Part shown: positions 1 to 9,080 of the stretch, piece after piece | Position numbering within the stretch: the stretch's first letter is position 1 | How the letters are laid out: each line of letters starts with the position of its first letter | Origin: Bacteroidota bacterium | GTDB lineage: Bacteria; Bacteroidota; Bacteroidia; Flavobacteriales; Flavobacteriaceae | DNA length: 64,000 nt | NCBI GenBank assembly: GCA_046048915.1 | Contig: JBJOFE010000001.1 | Span: forward strand, 50,044-114,043 | Direction of reading: 5' to 3' | Position numbers and translations under genes: made by a program | The notes under the pieces: generated by a model | Seen by the model: the letters and a program-made list of their open reading frames with translations, nothing else | Databases searched by the model: none | What the model was told of the DNA's origin: nothing

Positions 1-13
1 CAGGATAAGCTTC

Positions 14-1009
14 TTATTTGTTCAAAAGAATTGCGGCTTCTTTGGCAAAATAGGTCGAAATCAAACTGGCTCCGGCGCGTTTGATGCACATTAATTGTTC
101 CATCATAATTTTGTCGTTGTCGAGCCAACCTCTTTCGGCTGCTGCCTTAATCATCGCATATTCGCCAGACACGTGAAATACGGTTACGGGGACATTCACG
201 GCGTTTTTCACTTCACGAACGATATCTAAATACGCAATTCCGGGTTTTACCATGACCATATCGGCGCCTTCTTCAACATCCCATAGGACTTCTTTGATGG
301 CCTCGATGCGATTGGCATAATCCATTTGGTAGGTTTTTTTGTCTTGAGGTACTACAACGTCTGATTCTCTTGGCGCACTGTCCAAGGCATCGCGAAACGG
401 ACCATAAAATGCCGACGCATACTTAGCCGAATAGCTCATAATCCCCACATTTTCGAATCCTGCTGCATCCAAACCTTGGCGCAAACGCAAAACGCGTCCG
501 TCCATCATATCGCTTGGTGCTACAAAATCAGCTCCTGCTTGTGCATGAGAAACGGCCATTTTTACCAAAGCATCGTTAGTAGCATCGTTCGCCACATCGC
601 CCTTTTCAATGATTCCGTCATGACCGTAAATCGAATACGGATCCAAGGCCACGTCTGGCATTACAATCATTTCTGGACAAGCCACTTTGATGGCACGAAT
701 GGCTTGTTGCATCAATCCGTTGGGATTCCAAGCTTCTTTGCCGGTATTGTCTTTTAGATCTTCGCTTACTTTCACGTAGATATTTACAGCACGAATGCCT
801 AAAGCATATAATTCTTGTACTTCTTTTACGGTTAAATCAATCGAGCGACGATAAATTCCTGGCATCGATGGGATTTCGACTTGGCTATTTTCACCCTCTG
901 CAATAAACATGGGAAACATAAAATCCGCCGGACTTAATGTCGTTTCACGAACTAATGAACGAATACTTTCGTTCAGGCGTAATCTTCTACCTCTTTGTAA
1001 TGGGAACAT
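14..1009 (-). CDS. hemB: Porphobilinogen synthase (delta-aminolevulinate dehydratase)
   Basis: 331-aa ORF with ALAD hallmarks: the active-site region SYSAKYASAFYGPFR and VMVKPG..YLDI. The metal-site segment DVALDPYSIYGHDG is the Asp-rich, non-zinc type. It sits last in the minus-strand hem gene string. Confidence 0.93.
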   Translation of the reverse strand: MFPLQRGRRLRLNESIRSLVRETTLSPADFMFPMFIAEGENSQVEIPSMPGIYRRSIDLTVKEVQELYALGIRAVNIYVKVSEDLKDNTGKEAWNPNGLMQQAIRAIKVACPEMIVMPDVALDPYSIYGHDGIIEKGDVANDATNDALVKMAVSHAQAGADFVAPSDMMDGRVLRLRQGLDAAGFENVGIMSYSAKYASAFYGPFRDALDSAPRESDVVVPQDKKTYQMDYANRIEAIKEVLWDVEEGADMVMVKPGIAYLDIVREVKNAVNVPVTVFHVSGEYAMIKAAAERGWLDNDKIMMEQLMCIKRAGASLISTYFAKEAAILLNK

Positions 1010-1016
1010 ATATTTT

Positions 1017-1051
1017 AGCTTTATAGCATTCAGCCTTTAGCTGTCAGCTTT
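1017..1051. repeat. AGCT-rich flank repeat, copy 1. It contains AGCTGTCAGCTTT, one arm of a 13-nt inverted repeat.
   Basis: agctttatagcattcagcctttagctgtcagcttt overlaps the stop codon of the four-helix-bundle gene. It resembles 1407-1439, and its last 13 nt are the reverse complement of 1470-1482. Confidence 0.7.
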
Positions 1052-1399
1052 ATTTAACTTTGTTATTAATCCGTTTAACATTTTTTTGACTTCTTCTATT
1101 TGAAAAAGAAGTTTTTGGCCATTTTCTAGCTCAATAAATTTTAAATCAATACTCAATAATAGTTGATATTCTAACTCGTTAGCAGAACCAAATGCAATAT
1201 AAAGAAATCTACAAAAATCTTTATCCGAATTTCTTCCACAACCTTCAGCTATGTTCATAGGAATTGAACTAGAGGCCCTTTTTATTTGACTTGTCAATCC
1301 GAAAATTTCTTCTTTAGGAAACACACTTGTCACTTTATAAATGGCTAAAGTTAATTCGTGTGATTTTTCCCAAACTAAAAATTTCTTATAATCTCTCAT
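1037..1399 (-). CDS. Four-helix-bundle protein (23S rRNA intervening-sequence protein / Avd-like family)
   Basis: 120-aa ORF with family-typical motifs: FPKEE..GLTSQIKRASSSIPMNIAEGCGR...F..FLYIA.GSANELEYQL. It lies in the gap between hemF and hemB. Confidence 0.85.
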   Translation of the reverse strand: MRDYKKFLVWEKSHELTLAIYKVTSVFPKEEIFGLTSQIKRASSSIPMNIAEGCGRNSDKDFCRFLYIAFGSANELEYQLLLSIDLKFIELENGQKLLFQIEEVKKMLNGLITKLNKADS

Positions 1400-1406
1400 T
1401 TTTTTG

Positions 1407-1483
1407 AGCTTTAGGCCATTAGCATTTATCTATCAGCTTGTATTCTTCTTTTAATTTAGCTAACCGCTAAAAGCTGACAGCTT
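1407..1483. repeat. AGCT-rich flank repeats, copy 2 (1407-1439) and partial copy 3 (1458-1483) with the inverted-repeat arm AAAGCTGACAGCT (1470-1482)
   Basis: agctttaggccattagcatttatctatcagctt aligns to 1017-1050 with one indel. The 1470-1482 arm abuts the hemF stop codon. Confidence 0.7.
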
Positions 1484-2384
1484 ATAACCAATCTACTGGT
1501 TTTTCTAAAACTTTTATTATTTTTTCCTCTTCACTTCCTGCCACCGGATGATGGTCATAATGCCATTGCACGTGAGGAGGTAAAGACATTAAAATACTTT
1601 CTATTCGTCCATTGGTTTTTAAGCCAAATAAAGTGCCTTTGTCGTGGACCAAATTAAATTCGACATAACGTCCACGGCGAATTTCTTGCCAAGTACGTTG
1701 TGCCTCGGTAAATGGTAACTCTTTTCTTTTTGCTACGATAGGTAAATAGGCGTCAAGGAACGAATTCCCCACTTCAGTAACAAAATTGTACCAATCTTCC
1801 ATCGATTGTTCTTCGCTTGATTTTAAATAATCGAAGAATAAACCACCTATTCCACGTGCTTCATTTCTATGGGCGTTCCAAAAATAGGCATCACACTGTT
1901 TTTTATATCTCGGATAAAAATCAGAATTATGTTTGTCACAAGCCGTTTTACACGTTTGGTGAAAATGTGTTGCATCTTCTTCAAACAAATAATACGGAGT
2001 CAAATCTTGGCCTCCGCCAAACCAACTATTAATTACCTTTCCGTTGTCGTCATACATTTCAAAATAACGCCAATTCGCATGAACCGTTGGCACCATCGGA
2101 CTTTTAGGATGAATCACCAAACTCAATCCGCAAGCAAAGAAATCAGCCTCGCCTACGTTGAATAATTTCTGCATGGAATCGGGTAATTTCCCGTGAACGG
2201 CTGAAATGTTTACACCTCCTTTTTCGAATACGGAACCATTTTCTATCACTCGCGTTCTTCCACCACCGCCTTCCGATCTGTCCCAAAGATCTTCACGAAA
2301 TTTAGCCACGCCATCTAGCTCCTCTAATCCTTTACAGATTTGATCTTGTAGGTTTTGTATGTATTGGTAAAATTGGTCTTTCAT
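1482..2384 (-). CDS. hemF: Oxygen-dependent coproporphyrinogen III oxidase
   Basis: 300-aa ORF with RYVEFNLVHDKGTLFGLKTNGRIESILMSLPP and GGGRTRV motifs typical of HemF. Confidence 0.93.
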   Translation of the reverse strand: MKDQFYQYIQNLQDQICKGLEELDGVAKFREDLWDRSEGGGGRTRVIENGSVFEKGGVNISAVHGKLPDSMQKLFNVGEADFFACGLSLVIHPKSPMVPTVHANWRYFEMYDDNGKVINSWFGGGQDLTPYYLFEEDATHFHQTCKTACDKHNSDFYPRYKKQCDAYFWNAHRNEARGIGGLFFDYLKSSEEQSMEDWYNFVTEVGNSFLDAYLPIVAKRKELPFTEAQRTWQEIRRGRYVEFNLVHDKGTLFGLKTNGRIESILMSLPPHVQWHYDHHPVAGSEEEKIIKVLEKPVDWL

Positions 2385-2413
2385 TTTTTCTGCTACCTTT
2401 TAACTGAACACTG

Positions 2414-3439
2414 TTACTGACCGTACTCCTTCACCGCTTCCACAAACGCTTTCGCGTGATCCACAGGAATATTCGGTAAAATTCCGTGACCTAAGTTGAC
2501 GATATAATTGTCTTTTCCAAATTCGTCAATCATTTCGTGCACCATTTTTTTGATCGTTGGGATTGGTGACAACAAACGACTTGGATCAAAATTTCCTTGT
2601 AAGGTAATGTTTCCGCCTGTTAAATAGCGTGCGTTTCTTGGTGAACAAGTCCAATCAACTCCTAAAGCTGACGCTTTTGATTTGGCCATATCGCCTAAAG
2701 CAAACCAACAACCTTTTCCGAAAACAATTACTTTGGTTTCGTCTGCCAAAGCTTCTACAATTTGGTTGATGTATTGCCAAGAAAATTCTTGATAATCTAC
2801 TGGAGACAACATGCCGCCCCAAGAATCAAAAATCTGAATAGCATTACAACCCGCTTTTACTTTTTCTTTCAAATATAAAATAGTGGTATCGGTAATTTTT
2901 TGCAATAAGGTGTGCGCTGCTACTGGATTAGAAAAACAAAATCCTTTGGCTGTATCAAAACTTTTAGAACCTTTTCCTTCTACGGCATAACAAAAAATCG
3001 TCCATGGTGAACCAGCAAAACCAATCAATGGCACCTCATTGTTCAACATTTCTTTGGTCAATTTGATGGCGTCAAAAACATAACCCAAGGTTTCGTTGAC
3101 ATCTGGAACAAATACTTGATTCACTTGTTCCATGGTACGAATTGGGTTCGGGATTATCGGACCTAAATTGTCTTTCAATTCAACATGAATTCCCATAGCT
3201 CTTGGCACGACCAAAATATCAGAGAACAAAATTGCTGCGTCTGGTTTCACAATACGAATGGGTTGCACCGTGATTTCAGCTGCTAATTCAGGTGTTTCGC
3301 AACGGGTGAAAAAATCATATTTATCACGCAATGCTCTAAATTCTGGCAAGTATCTTCCAGCTTGTCGCATCATCCAAACGGGTGGACGTTCTACTTTTTC
3401 GTTATTTAAGGCTCTTAAAAAAAGGTCGTTTTTAATCAT
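2414..3439 (-). CDS. hemE: Uroporphyrinogen decarboxylase
   Basis: 341-aa ORF with the N-terminal [17 protein letters not shown] signature. Confidence 0.93.
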   Translation of the reverse strand: MIKNDLFLRALNNEKVERPPVWMMRQAGRYLPEFRALRDKYDFFTRCETPELAAEITVQPIRIVKPDAAILFSDILVVPRAMGIHVELKDNLGPIIPNPIRTMEQVNQVFVPDVNETLGYVFDAIKLTKEMLNNEVPLIGFAGSPWTIFCYAVEGKGSKSFDTAKGFCFSNPVAAHTLLQKITDTTILYLKEKVKAGCNAIQIFDSWGGMLSPVDYQEFSWQYINQIVEALADETKVIVFGKGCWFALGDMAKSKASALGVDWTCSPRNARYLTGGNITLQGNFDPSRLLSPIPTIKKMVHEMIDEFGKDNYIVNLGHGILPNIPVDHAKAFVEAVKEYGQ

Positions 3440-3474
3440 TTGTTCTTTATATTAAACCTGAAAGGGTTTTGAAA

Positions 3475-4152
3475 TTAATTGTATTCTTTGATCACATCCG
3501 CGAGTAACTCTTCAATGGAAGGTTGTGGCGCAACTATGATATTTTTAGTGGCTATTTCCAAGGCTTCAGCGGTCGTTTCGCCAATGCAAAAGCACAATTC
3601 TTTTTTGATGGTATTGTCTTTCAAATAACTGGCAACTCCGGATGGACTAAAAAATAAAATCGCATCTACGGCTTTCGTTATTTTATGTGGGTTCAACTTG
3701 GTTTCGTACACTTCAATTTCATTGAACTCGATTCCGGCTTCTTCTAATGCCAAAGGCAACGTCTCTTTTCTCAAATTGCCACTAAAAAAAGTATAGTTTG
3801 CATTGGCATAAATCAAACTGATAATCTCAGCTAAATCTTCCGCATAATCAGCATAGGCAACGACTTCAAAACCGGCATCGGTCAAAATTGTTTTACTTTT
3901 TACACCTACGCAAAAAACTTTTTTTTGTTGAAGTTCCGATTTTAATTCCTCATATTGGGGATGACTTAAAAAACTGCGCACCGCATTCTGACTCGTGAAA
4001 ATCAAATTGTCTTTGATTCCTTTTAATTCGAAGTTCTTGGTTGCTACTTCAATAAAATTAGATTCCAAAACCTCCAAACCAACATCTGTCAAGACTTGTT
4101 TTTGATGACTCAAGAGTACTTTTGTCGATAAAATACGGGTTGGATTTGCCAT
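3475..4152 (-). CDS. hemD: Uroporphyrinogen-III synthase
   Basis: 225-aa ORF of HEM4-like size and alpha/beta pattern. It lies between hemC and hemE, and its ATG overlaps the hemC stop as TAATG. Confidence 0.8.
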   Translation of the reverse strand: MANPTRILSTKVLLSHQKQVLTDVGLEVLESNFIEVATKNFELKGIKDNLIFTSQNAVRSFLSHPQYEELKSELQQKKVFCVGVKSKTILTDAGFEVVAYADYAEDLAEIISLIYANANYTFFSGNLRKETLPLALEEAGIEFNEIEVYETKLNPHKITKAVDAILFFSPSGVASYLKDNTIKKELCFCIGETTAEALEIATKNIIVAPQPSIEELLADVIKEYN

Positions 4153-5075
4153 TATTTTTTCAATTGGTTTTTAATTTCAACCATTAATTCGGCACCTCCA
4201 TTATTCAAAATTTCTTGAGCAGAATGGAAACCTAATTTTTTCCATTCGGATATATCGACTGATTTTTCAATTTCTATTTTTTGTTTTCCATCTACCGAGA
4301 ATAAAACCCCTTTGAATTCGATTGTGTCTTTTTCTTCGTCGTATTGTGCCAAAGCTCCAATTGGTGCTGTGCAACCTCCCTCTAAAGTCTTTAAAAACTG
4401 TCTTTCGATATAGGTGCAAATCTCGGTTTCAATATCGTTCAACTGACTCACGGCGTCCTTAGTAAATTCGTCATTTGCCATCGCAACAACCAACATAGCG
4501 CCTTGTGCTGGAGCTGGAATCATCCAATCCAGATTGATATAATTGTCCGGTTTCAAATTGATTCGTTCCAAACCTGCAGCGGCAAAAACGGCTCCGTCCC
4601 AATCGCTTTTGGCTAATTTTTGCATGCGGGTATTTACATTACCGCGCAAATCGACCACTTGGTGATTCGGGTATTTGTGCCACCATTGGGCTTGACGACG
4701 CAAACTTCCAGTGGCAATAGTTCCTGTTGTAGTAAGAAAATCCAAATTGCCTTTGTGTACCAAAATATCCAAAGTGTTCGCACGCTCCAAAACGGCTGCC
4801 TGAACAATCCCTTGCGGCAATGCTGTTGGGACATCTTTCATAGAATGCACTGCAATATCTACCTGACCATTGATCATCGCAATATCCAAGGTTTTGGTAA
4901 AAATACCTGTAATGCCAAGTTCGTATAATGGTTTGTCAAGAATAATATCTCCTTGCGATTTGACGGCTACAATTTCGGTGGTATAGCCTAAATCATTCAG
5001 CTTTTTCTGAACGGTATGGGCTTGCCAAAGTGCCAATTCGCTATCACGAGTTCCTATGCGTATGGTCTTACTCAT
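4152..5075 (-). CDS. hemC: Hydroxymethylbilane synthase (porphobilinogen deaminase)
   Basis: 307-aa ORF with IRIGTRDSELALWQA and GNVNTR motifs. Its start overlaps the hemA stop as TAATG. Confidence 0.93.
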   Translation of the reverse strand: MSKTIRIGTRDSELALWQAHTVQKKLNDLGYTTEIVAVKSQGDIILDKPLYELGITGIFTKTLDIAMINGQVDIAVHSMKDVPTALPQGIVQAAVLERANTLDILVHKGNLDFLTTTGTIATGSLRRQAQWWHKYPNHQVVDLRGNVNTRMQKLAKSDWDGAVFAAAGLERINLKPDNYINLDWMIPAPAQGAMLVVAMANDEFTKDAVSQLNDIETEICTYIERQFLKTLEGGCTAPIGALAQYDEEKDTIEFKGVLFSVDGKQKIEIEKSVDISEWKKLGFHSAQEILNNGGAELMVEIKNQLKK

Positions 5076-6331
5076 TATTTTGTCGTTTCGCCAATATTAA
5101 ACACTTTCTCAATCCATTCGATACTTTCATCTACCATCGTTTCTTCATCTTTCAAGTGATTGGCAAAATGATTGGTGATTTTTTGAATGATTCTATTGCT
5201 GATGATTTCAGCTTGTTCTTCGTTAAAATCGGATAATTTTTTTCGTTGAAAATTCAACTCGCCGTCTTTGATCGAATGTAATTTTTCTTTTAACGCATGA
5301 ATCGTTGGAGCAAATTTTCGCCCTTTGGACCAGGTCAAAAATTCTTCTTTGATTTCTTCGATAATCGCTTCTGCAGCGGGAATATGTTTCTTTCTGTTTT
5401 CTAAAGTCTCATCCGTAATTTGGGATAAATAATCCATGTGAACCAAAGTGACGCCTTCTACATCTTCTACATTTTCATTCACATTTTTCGGGATGGATAA
5501 ATCCAAAATCAACAATGGTTTTTTCAAATTTAAAATGGTTTTGTCCACCGTTGGATTCTGAGCTCCTGTTGCCACTACCAAAACATCTGCTTTTTGGATT
5601 TCTAATTGCAAGTCGGCATAATCCTTAACCACCACATCTAGTTTTTGAGCCAATTTTTCGGCTTTGTCTTTGGTACGGTTAATTAACGTAATTTGTTCGT
5701 GTTTGGAATGTTTGACTAAATTTTCGCAGGTATTTCTTCCGATTTTACCGGTACCAAAAAGCAAAATATTTTTATCTCCAATCTCCTCTACATTATTTAA
5801 AATGTACTGCACCGAAGCAAAAGAAACCGAAGTGGCTCCTGATGAAATCTCGGTATCTGTTTTGATTTTTTTACTAGCTTGGATCACCGCATTAATTAAA
5901 CGCTCTTGAAAAGCATTCACTAAATTCACAGATTTGGCTTGAAAAAAACTGGTTTTAATTTGAGAAATAATCTCAAAATCACCCAAGATCTGGCTGTCTA
6001 AACCGGTTCCCACTCTAAAAAGGTGGCCAACAGCTTCTTTATTTTTAAAAACAAAGCCATATTTTTGAAACGCTTCAACTGAACCTTGACTGTTTTCGCA
6101 AATCAATTTAATCAATTGGAAAGGATGTTCAGCAAAACCGTAAATTTCGGTTCTGTTACAAGTAGAGGTTACGATCAAACTTTCAATTCCTTCGTTTTTT
6201 GCTTGCTCCAACAGGCGCATTTTAGCAACTGCATCCAAACTAAATTTCCCTCTTATCTCGGCATCAGCTTTTTTATAGCTTAGGCCAACGGCATAAAAAG
6301 AATGAGGTTTTGATGTGTGATGGTTCTCCAT
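5075..6331 (-). CDS. hemA: Glutamyl-tRNA reductase
   Basis: 418-aa ORF with the catalytic TCNRTEIY motif and an NAD-binding LLFGTGKIG segment. Confidence 0.93.
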   Translation of the reverse strand: MENHHTSKPHSFYAVGLSYKKADAEIRGKFSLDAVAKMRLLEQAKNEGIESLIVTSTCNRTEIYGFAEHPFQLIKLICENSQGSVEAFQKYGFVFKNKEAVGHLFRVGTGLDSQILGDFEIISQIKTSFFQAKSVNLVNAFQERLINAVIQASKKIKTDTEISSGATSVSFASVQYILNNVEEIGDKNILLFGTGKIGRNTCENLVKHSKHEQITLINRTKDKAEKLAQKLDVVVKDYADLQLEIQKADVLVVATGAQNPTVDKTILNLKKPLLILDLSIPKNVNENVEDVEGVTLVHMDYLSQITDETLENRKKHIPAAEAIIEEIKEEFLTWSKGRKFAPTIHALKEKLHSIKDGELNFQRKKLSDFNEEQAEIISNRIIQKITNHFANHLKDEETMVDESIEWIEKVFNIGETTK

Positions 6332-6357
6332 ATAGTATACTTTTCTAAAAAGTGGTA

Positions 6358-6365
6358 CAAAAATA
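6358..6365 (-). promoter_or_regulatory. Candidate Bacteroidota -7 box (TATTTTTG on the minus strand) for the hemA operon
   Basis: Matches the TAnnTTTG consensus and lies about 27 nt upstream of the hemA ATG. Confidence 0.3.
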
Positions 6366-6561
6366 TCACTAAGGCTTTGATAAAAGTAACGCTATAAGGT
6401 CTAAATGTGTCGCTAAATGTTTTTTTGATTTGAAATAGCACTTTTATAGTAAAAAAATCTATTTTTGTACTAAAATCAAGTCTATTTAAATTCGGTTTTA
6501 GAACAATTTTAAATCCTAATCTTGAATTTTAATCCTTTTGAGTTGTTAAAAAAATATCGCT

Positions 6562-7434
6562 ATGGGTTCACAAGAAGTTATAAAAATTGAGGACGACTTT
6601 ACGCTCATCCGCTTTCAAAATGATAGCGCCGAACCGTTTCATGCACAACGTGAAGTGGGAACTGGGTTGATTCAGTTTCATTTTGGTATTAAAGGAAACG
6701 CCAAATTTATTTTCAATCAAGGCAATTATGCTTTGGAATTAAAGGAAGAAAAGTCCCTTCTTTTATACAATCCACAAAAAGAATTACCGCTGAATTTAGA
6801 ATTGGCCTCAAATTCATGGGCTATTTCTGTGATCATTTCGATCAAAAAATTTCATGCTTTATTCTCTACCGAAGCCAACTATATTACTTTTTTAAGTCCT
6901 GATAATAAAGATAAAAAGTATTATAATGAAGGGAATATCAGTCCGTCAATGGCAATTGTACTAAGTCAATTGTTCCATTACAGCTTACACCCTTCTATCA
7001 AAAACTTGTATTACAAAGGCAAAGGCTACGAATTGTTGAGTTTGTATTTCAATAAAAGTGAAGACCCAAATGCTGAGCAATGTCCGTTTTTAATTGACGA
7101 AGACAATGTGTTCAAAATCAAAAAAGCCAAAGAAATTATTATTGCCAATATGGCGGAACCGCCAGGTTTGCAAGAATTAGCGGACCAAGTGGGGCTCAAT
7201 TTGAAAAAATTAAAAATGGGATTCAAACAAATTTATGGCGACACCGTTTATGGTTTTCTTTTTGATTATAAAATGGACTATGCAAGAAAATTACTCGATA
7301 GTGGTTCCTATAATGTCAACGAAGTAGGATTAAAAATTGGCTACAGCACCGGGAGTCATTTTATTGCGGCTTTCAAGAAAAAATTTGCCACTACCCCAAA
7401 AAAATATTTAATGTCAATCAACACCAATTTATAA
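6562..7434 (+). CDS. AraC-family transcriptional regulator (soluble, with an N-terminal ligand-type domain)
   Basis: 290-aa ORF with a C-terminal double HTH (LADQVGLNLKKLKMGFK...IGYSTGSHFIAAFKKKF). It is divergent from hemA and directly upstream of hemH. Confidence 0.85.
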   Translation: MGSQEVIKIEDDFTLIRFQNDSAEPFHAQREVGTGLIQFHFGIKGNAKFIFNQGNYALELKEEKSLLLYNPQKELPLNLELASNSWAISVIISIKKFHALFSTEANYITFLSPDNKDKKYYNEGNISPSMAIVLSQLFHYSLHPSIKNLYYKGKGYELLSLYFNKSEDPNAEQCPFLIDEDNVFKIKKAKEIIIANMAEPPGLQELADQVGLNLKKLKMGFKQIYGDTVYGFLFDYKMDYARKLLDSGSYNVNEVGLKIGYSTGSHFIAAFKKKFATTPKKYLMSINTNL

Positions 7435-7438
7435 AAAA

Positions 7439-8470
7439 ATGAAAGGAGTATTATTAGTTAATCTTGGTTCCCCAGAAAGCCCAACTGCTAAAGACGTAAA
7501 ACCTTATTTGGATGAATTTTTAATGGACAAATACGTCATTGACGTTCCGTTTTTATTGCGTGCTTTATTAGTTCGTGGAATCATTTTGCAAACAAGACCT
7601 AAAAAATCAGCAGAAGCGTATGCTAGAATTTGGACTAGCGAAGGTTCGCCTTTAATCGTGATTTCTAAAAAAATGCACGAAAAAGTGAAATCCTTGGTAG
7701 ATATTCCTGTGGCATTATCGATGCGATACGGTACCATGACGATTTTAAAAGGACTACAAGAATTGCACGATAAAGGCGTAACTGAAGTGCTACTTTTTCC
7801 TTTGTATCCACAACATGCTATGGCGTCTACCACCACTATTTTAGTATTGGCAGAAGAACTTCGCGCCAAGCATTTTCCTGACATGAAATTTACAACCGTT
7901 CCAGCTTTCTATAACAAACCCGGATATATTGAAGCCTTATCTAATTCCATCAAAAAACACTTAGAAGGTTTTGATTACGATCATTTGTTGTTTTCGTATC
8001 ACGGAATTCCAAAACGTCACATTCGCAAAACCGATATTACCAAGTCACATTGTAATCCCGACTCTTCGGGAGATGGCTCGTGTTGTAATACGCCTTCACC
8101 GGCGCACGAGTTTTGTTACCGTCACCAATGTTATGAAACTACTAAACAAGTAGTGAAAGCATTAGGTATTCCCGAAGGAAAATACAGCCAAACTTTCCAA
8201 TCTCGTCTAGCAGGTGACAAATGGTTAACACCCTATACCGATGTAGAGGTGAATAAAATGCCTGAAAAAGGAATTAAGAAATTAGCTGTAGTAACTCCGG
8301 CTTTTGTAGCCGATTGTTTGGAAACATTGGAAGAAATTGCCATGGAAGCAAATGAAGAATTTTTACATCACGGTGGTGAAGAATTTATGGCTATTCCATG
8401 TATGAACGACGAAGACGAATGGTGTGGTGTGGTTGCCAATTGGATTGAAGAATTTAAAAACAACAAATAG
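7439..8470 (+). CDS. hemH: Ferrochelatase with an internal Cys-rich insertion
   Basis: 343-aa ORF with LLVNLGSPESPT..VKPYLDEFLMD and LETLEEI motifs. The insertion is SHCNPDSSGDGSCCNTPSPAHEFCYRHQC. Confidence 0.92.
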   Translation: MKGVLLVNLGSPESPTAKDVKPYLDEFLMDKYVIDVPFLLRALLVRGIILQTRPKKSAEAYARIWTSEGSPLIVISKKMHEKVKSLVDIPVALSMRYGTMTILKGLQELHDKGVTEVLLFPLYPQHAMASTTTILVLAEELRAKHFPDMKFTTVPAFYNKPGYIEALSNSIKKHLEGFDYDHLLFSYHGIPKRHIRKTDITKSHCNPDSSGDGSCCNTPSPAHEFCYRHQCYETTKQVVKALGIPEGKYSQTFQSRLAGDKWLTPYTDVEVNKMPEKGIKKLAVVTPAFVADCLETLEEIAMEANEEFLHHGGEEFMAIPCMNDEDEWCGVVANWIEEFKNNK

Positions 8471-8478
8471 TTGAGCCC

Positions 8479-9021
8479 ATGTACGACTACCTAAAATCCT
8501 TACACTTAATTTTTGTCACCACTTGGTTTGCTGGATTATTTTATATCGTGCGCCTATTTGTGTACCAAATTGAAGCTTCTGAAAAACCATCCCCTGAAAA
8601 AGAAATTTTGCAGGAGCAATTCAAGATTATGAGTTACCGTTTGTGGTACATCATCACTTGGCCTTCGGCTATTTTAGCTAGTTTTTTTGCTTTTTGGATG
8701 TTGTTTTTTACCGAATTAGGGAATGCTTGGTTGCAAATGCCGTGGATGCATGTGAAATTAGGATTTGTATTCTTGTTGTATTTGTACCATTTGAAATGCC
8801 ACCAAATTTTCAAACAATTGCAAAATAACGAGGTAAAACATACAGGGAATTTTATGCGCATTTGGAATGAAGGAGCCACTTTAATTTTATTCGCAGTCGT
8901 GTTTTTAGTGATTTTAAAAAATGCGGTGAATTGGATTTATGGCGTAATTGGGATCTTTTTGTTTTCCATTCTCATCCTACTTGGATTTAAATTTTACAAA
9001 CGAATACGAGAAAAGAAGTAA
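8479..9021 (+). CDS. hemJ: Protoporphyrinogen IX oxidase, HemJ type (UPF0093/CopD-like membrane protein)
   Basis: 180-aa multi-TM ORF beginning YLKSLHLIFVTTWFAGLFY. It follows hemH immediately. Confidence 0.8.
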   Translation: MYDYLKSLHLIFVTTWFAGLFYIVRLFVYQIEASEKPSPEKEILQEQFKIMSYRLWYIITWPSAILASFFAFWMLFFTELGNAWLQMPWMHVKLGFVFLLYLYHLKCHQIFKQLQNNEVKHTGNFMRIWNEGATLILFAVVFLVILKNAVNWIYGVIGIFLFSILILLGFKFYKRIREKK

Positions 9022-9024
9022 TTT

Positions 9025-9061
9025 GTAACTAGTGATTAGTAAATAGTTAATCACTAGTTAC
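9025..9061 (+). terminator. Perfect 14-bp stem-loop after hemJ (no U-tract), overlapping repeated TAATCACT half-sites
   Basis: gtaactagtgatta (9025-9038) pairs with taatcactagttac (9048-9061) across a 9-nt loop. Confidence 0.45.
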
Positions 9062-9080
9062 TAGGAACTAATCACTCAAT

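Noticed and set aside
476-757. Short ORFs on the opposite strand inside hem and housekeeping genes (for example 476-757, 1817-2165, 3258-3455, 4620-4928, 5664-5909, 7504-7884, 10041-10388, 19412-20249)
   Set aside because: Each is fully nested antisense (or out of frame) within a longer ORF that has clear family motifs. None has motifs of its own.
1037-1399. Possible diversity-generating retroelement: an Avd-like four-helix-bundle gene here, and a C-type lectin fold (the typical DGR target) at 57181-57592
   Set aside because: There is no reverse transcriptase gene and no template/variable repeat pair in the window, and the two elements are 56 kb apart. The lectin domain is internal to its protein rather than at the 3' end.
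6332-6561. Possible riboswitch or small RNA in the 230-bp hemA / AraC intergenic region
   Set aside because: The region is AT-rich with no conserved-looking stem architecture. It is adequately explained as a divergent promoter region (candidate -7 boxes at 6358-6365 and near 6460).
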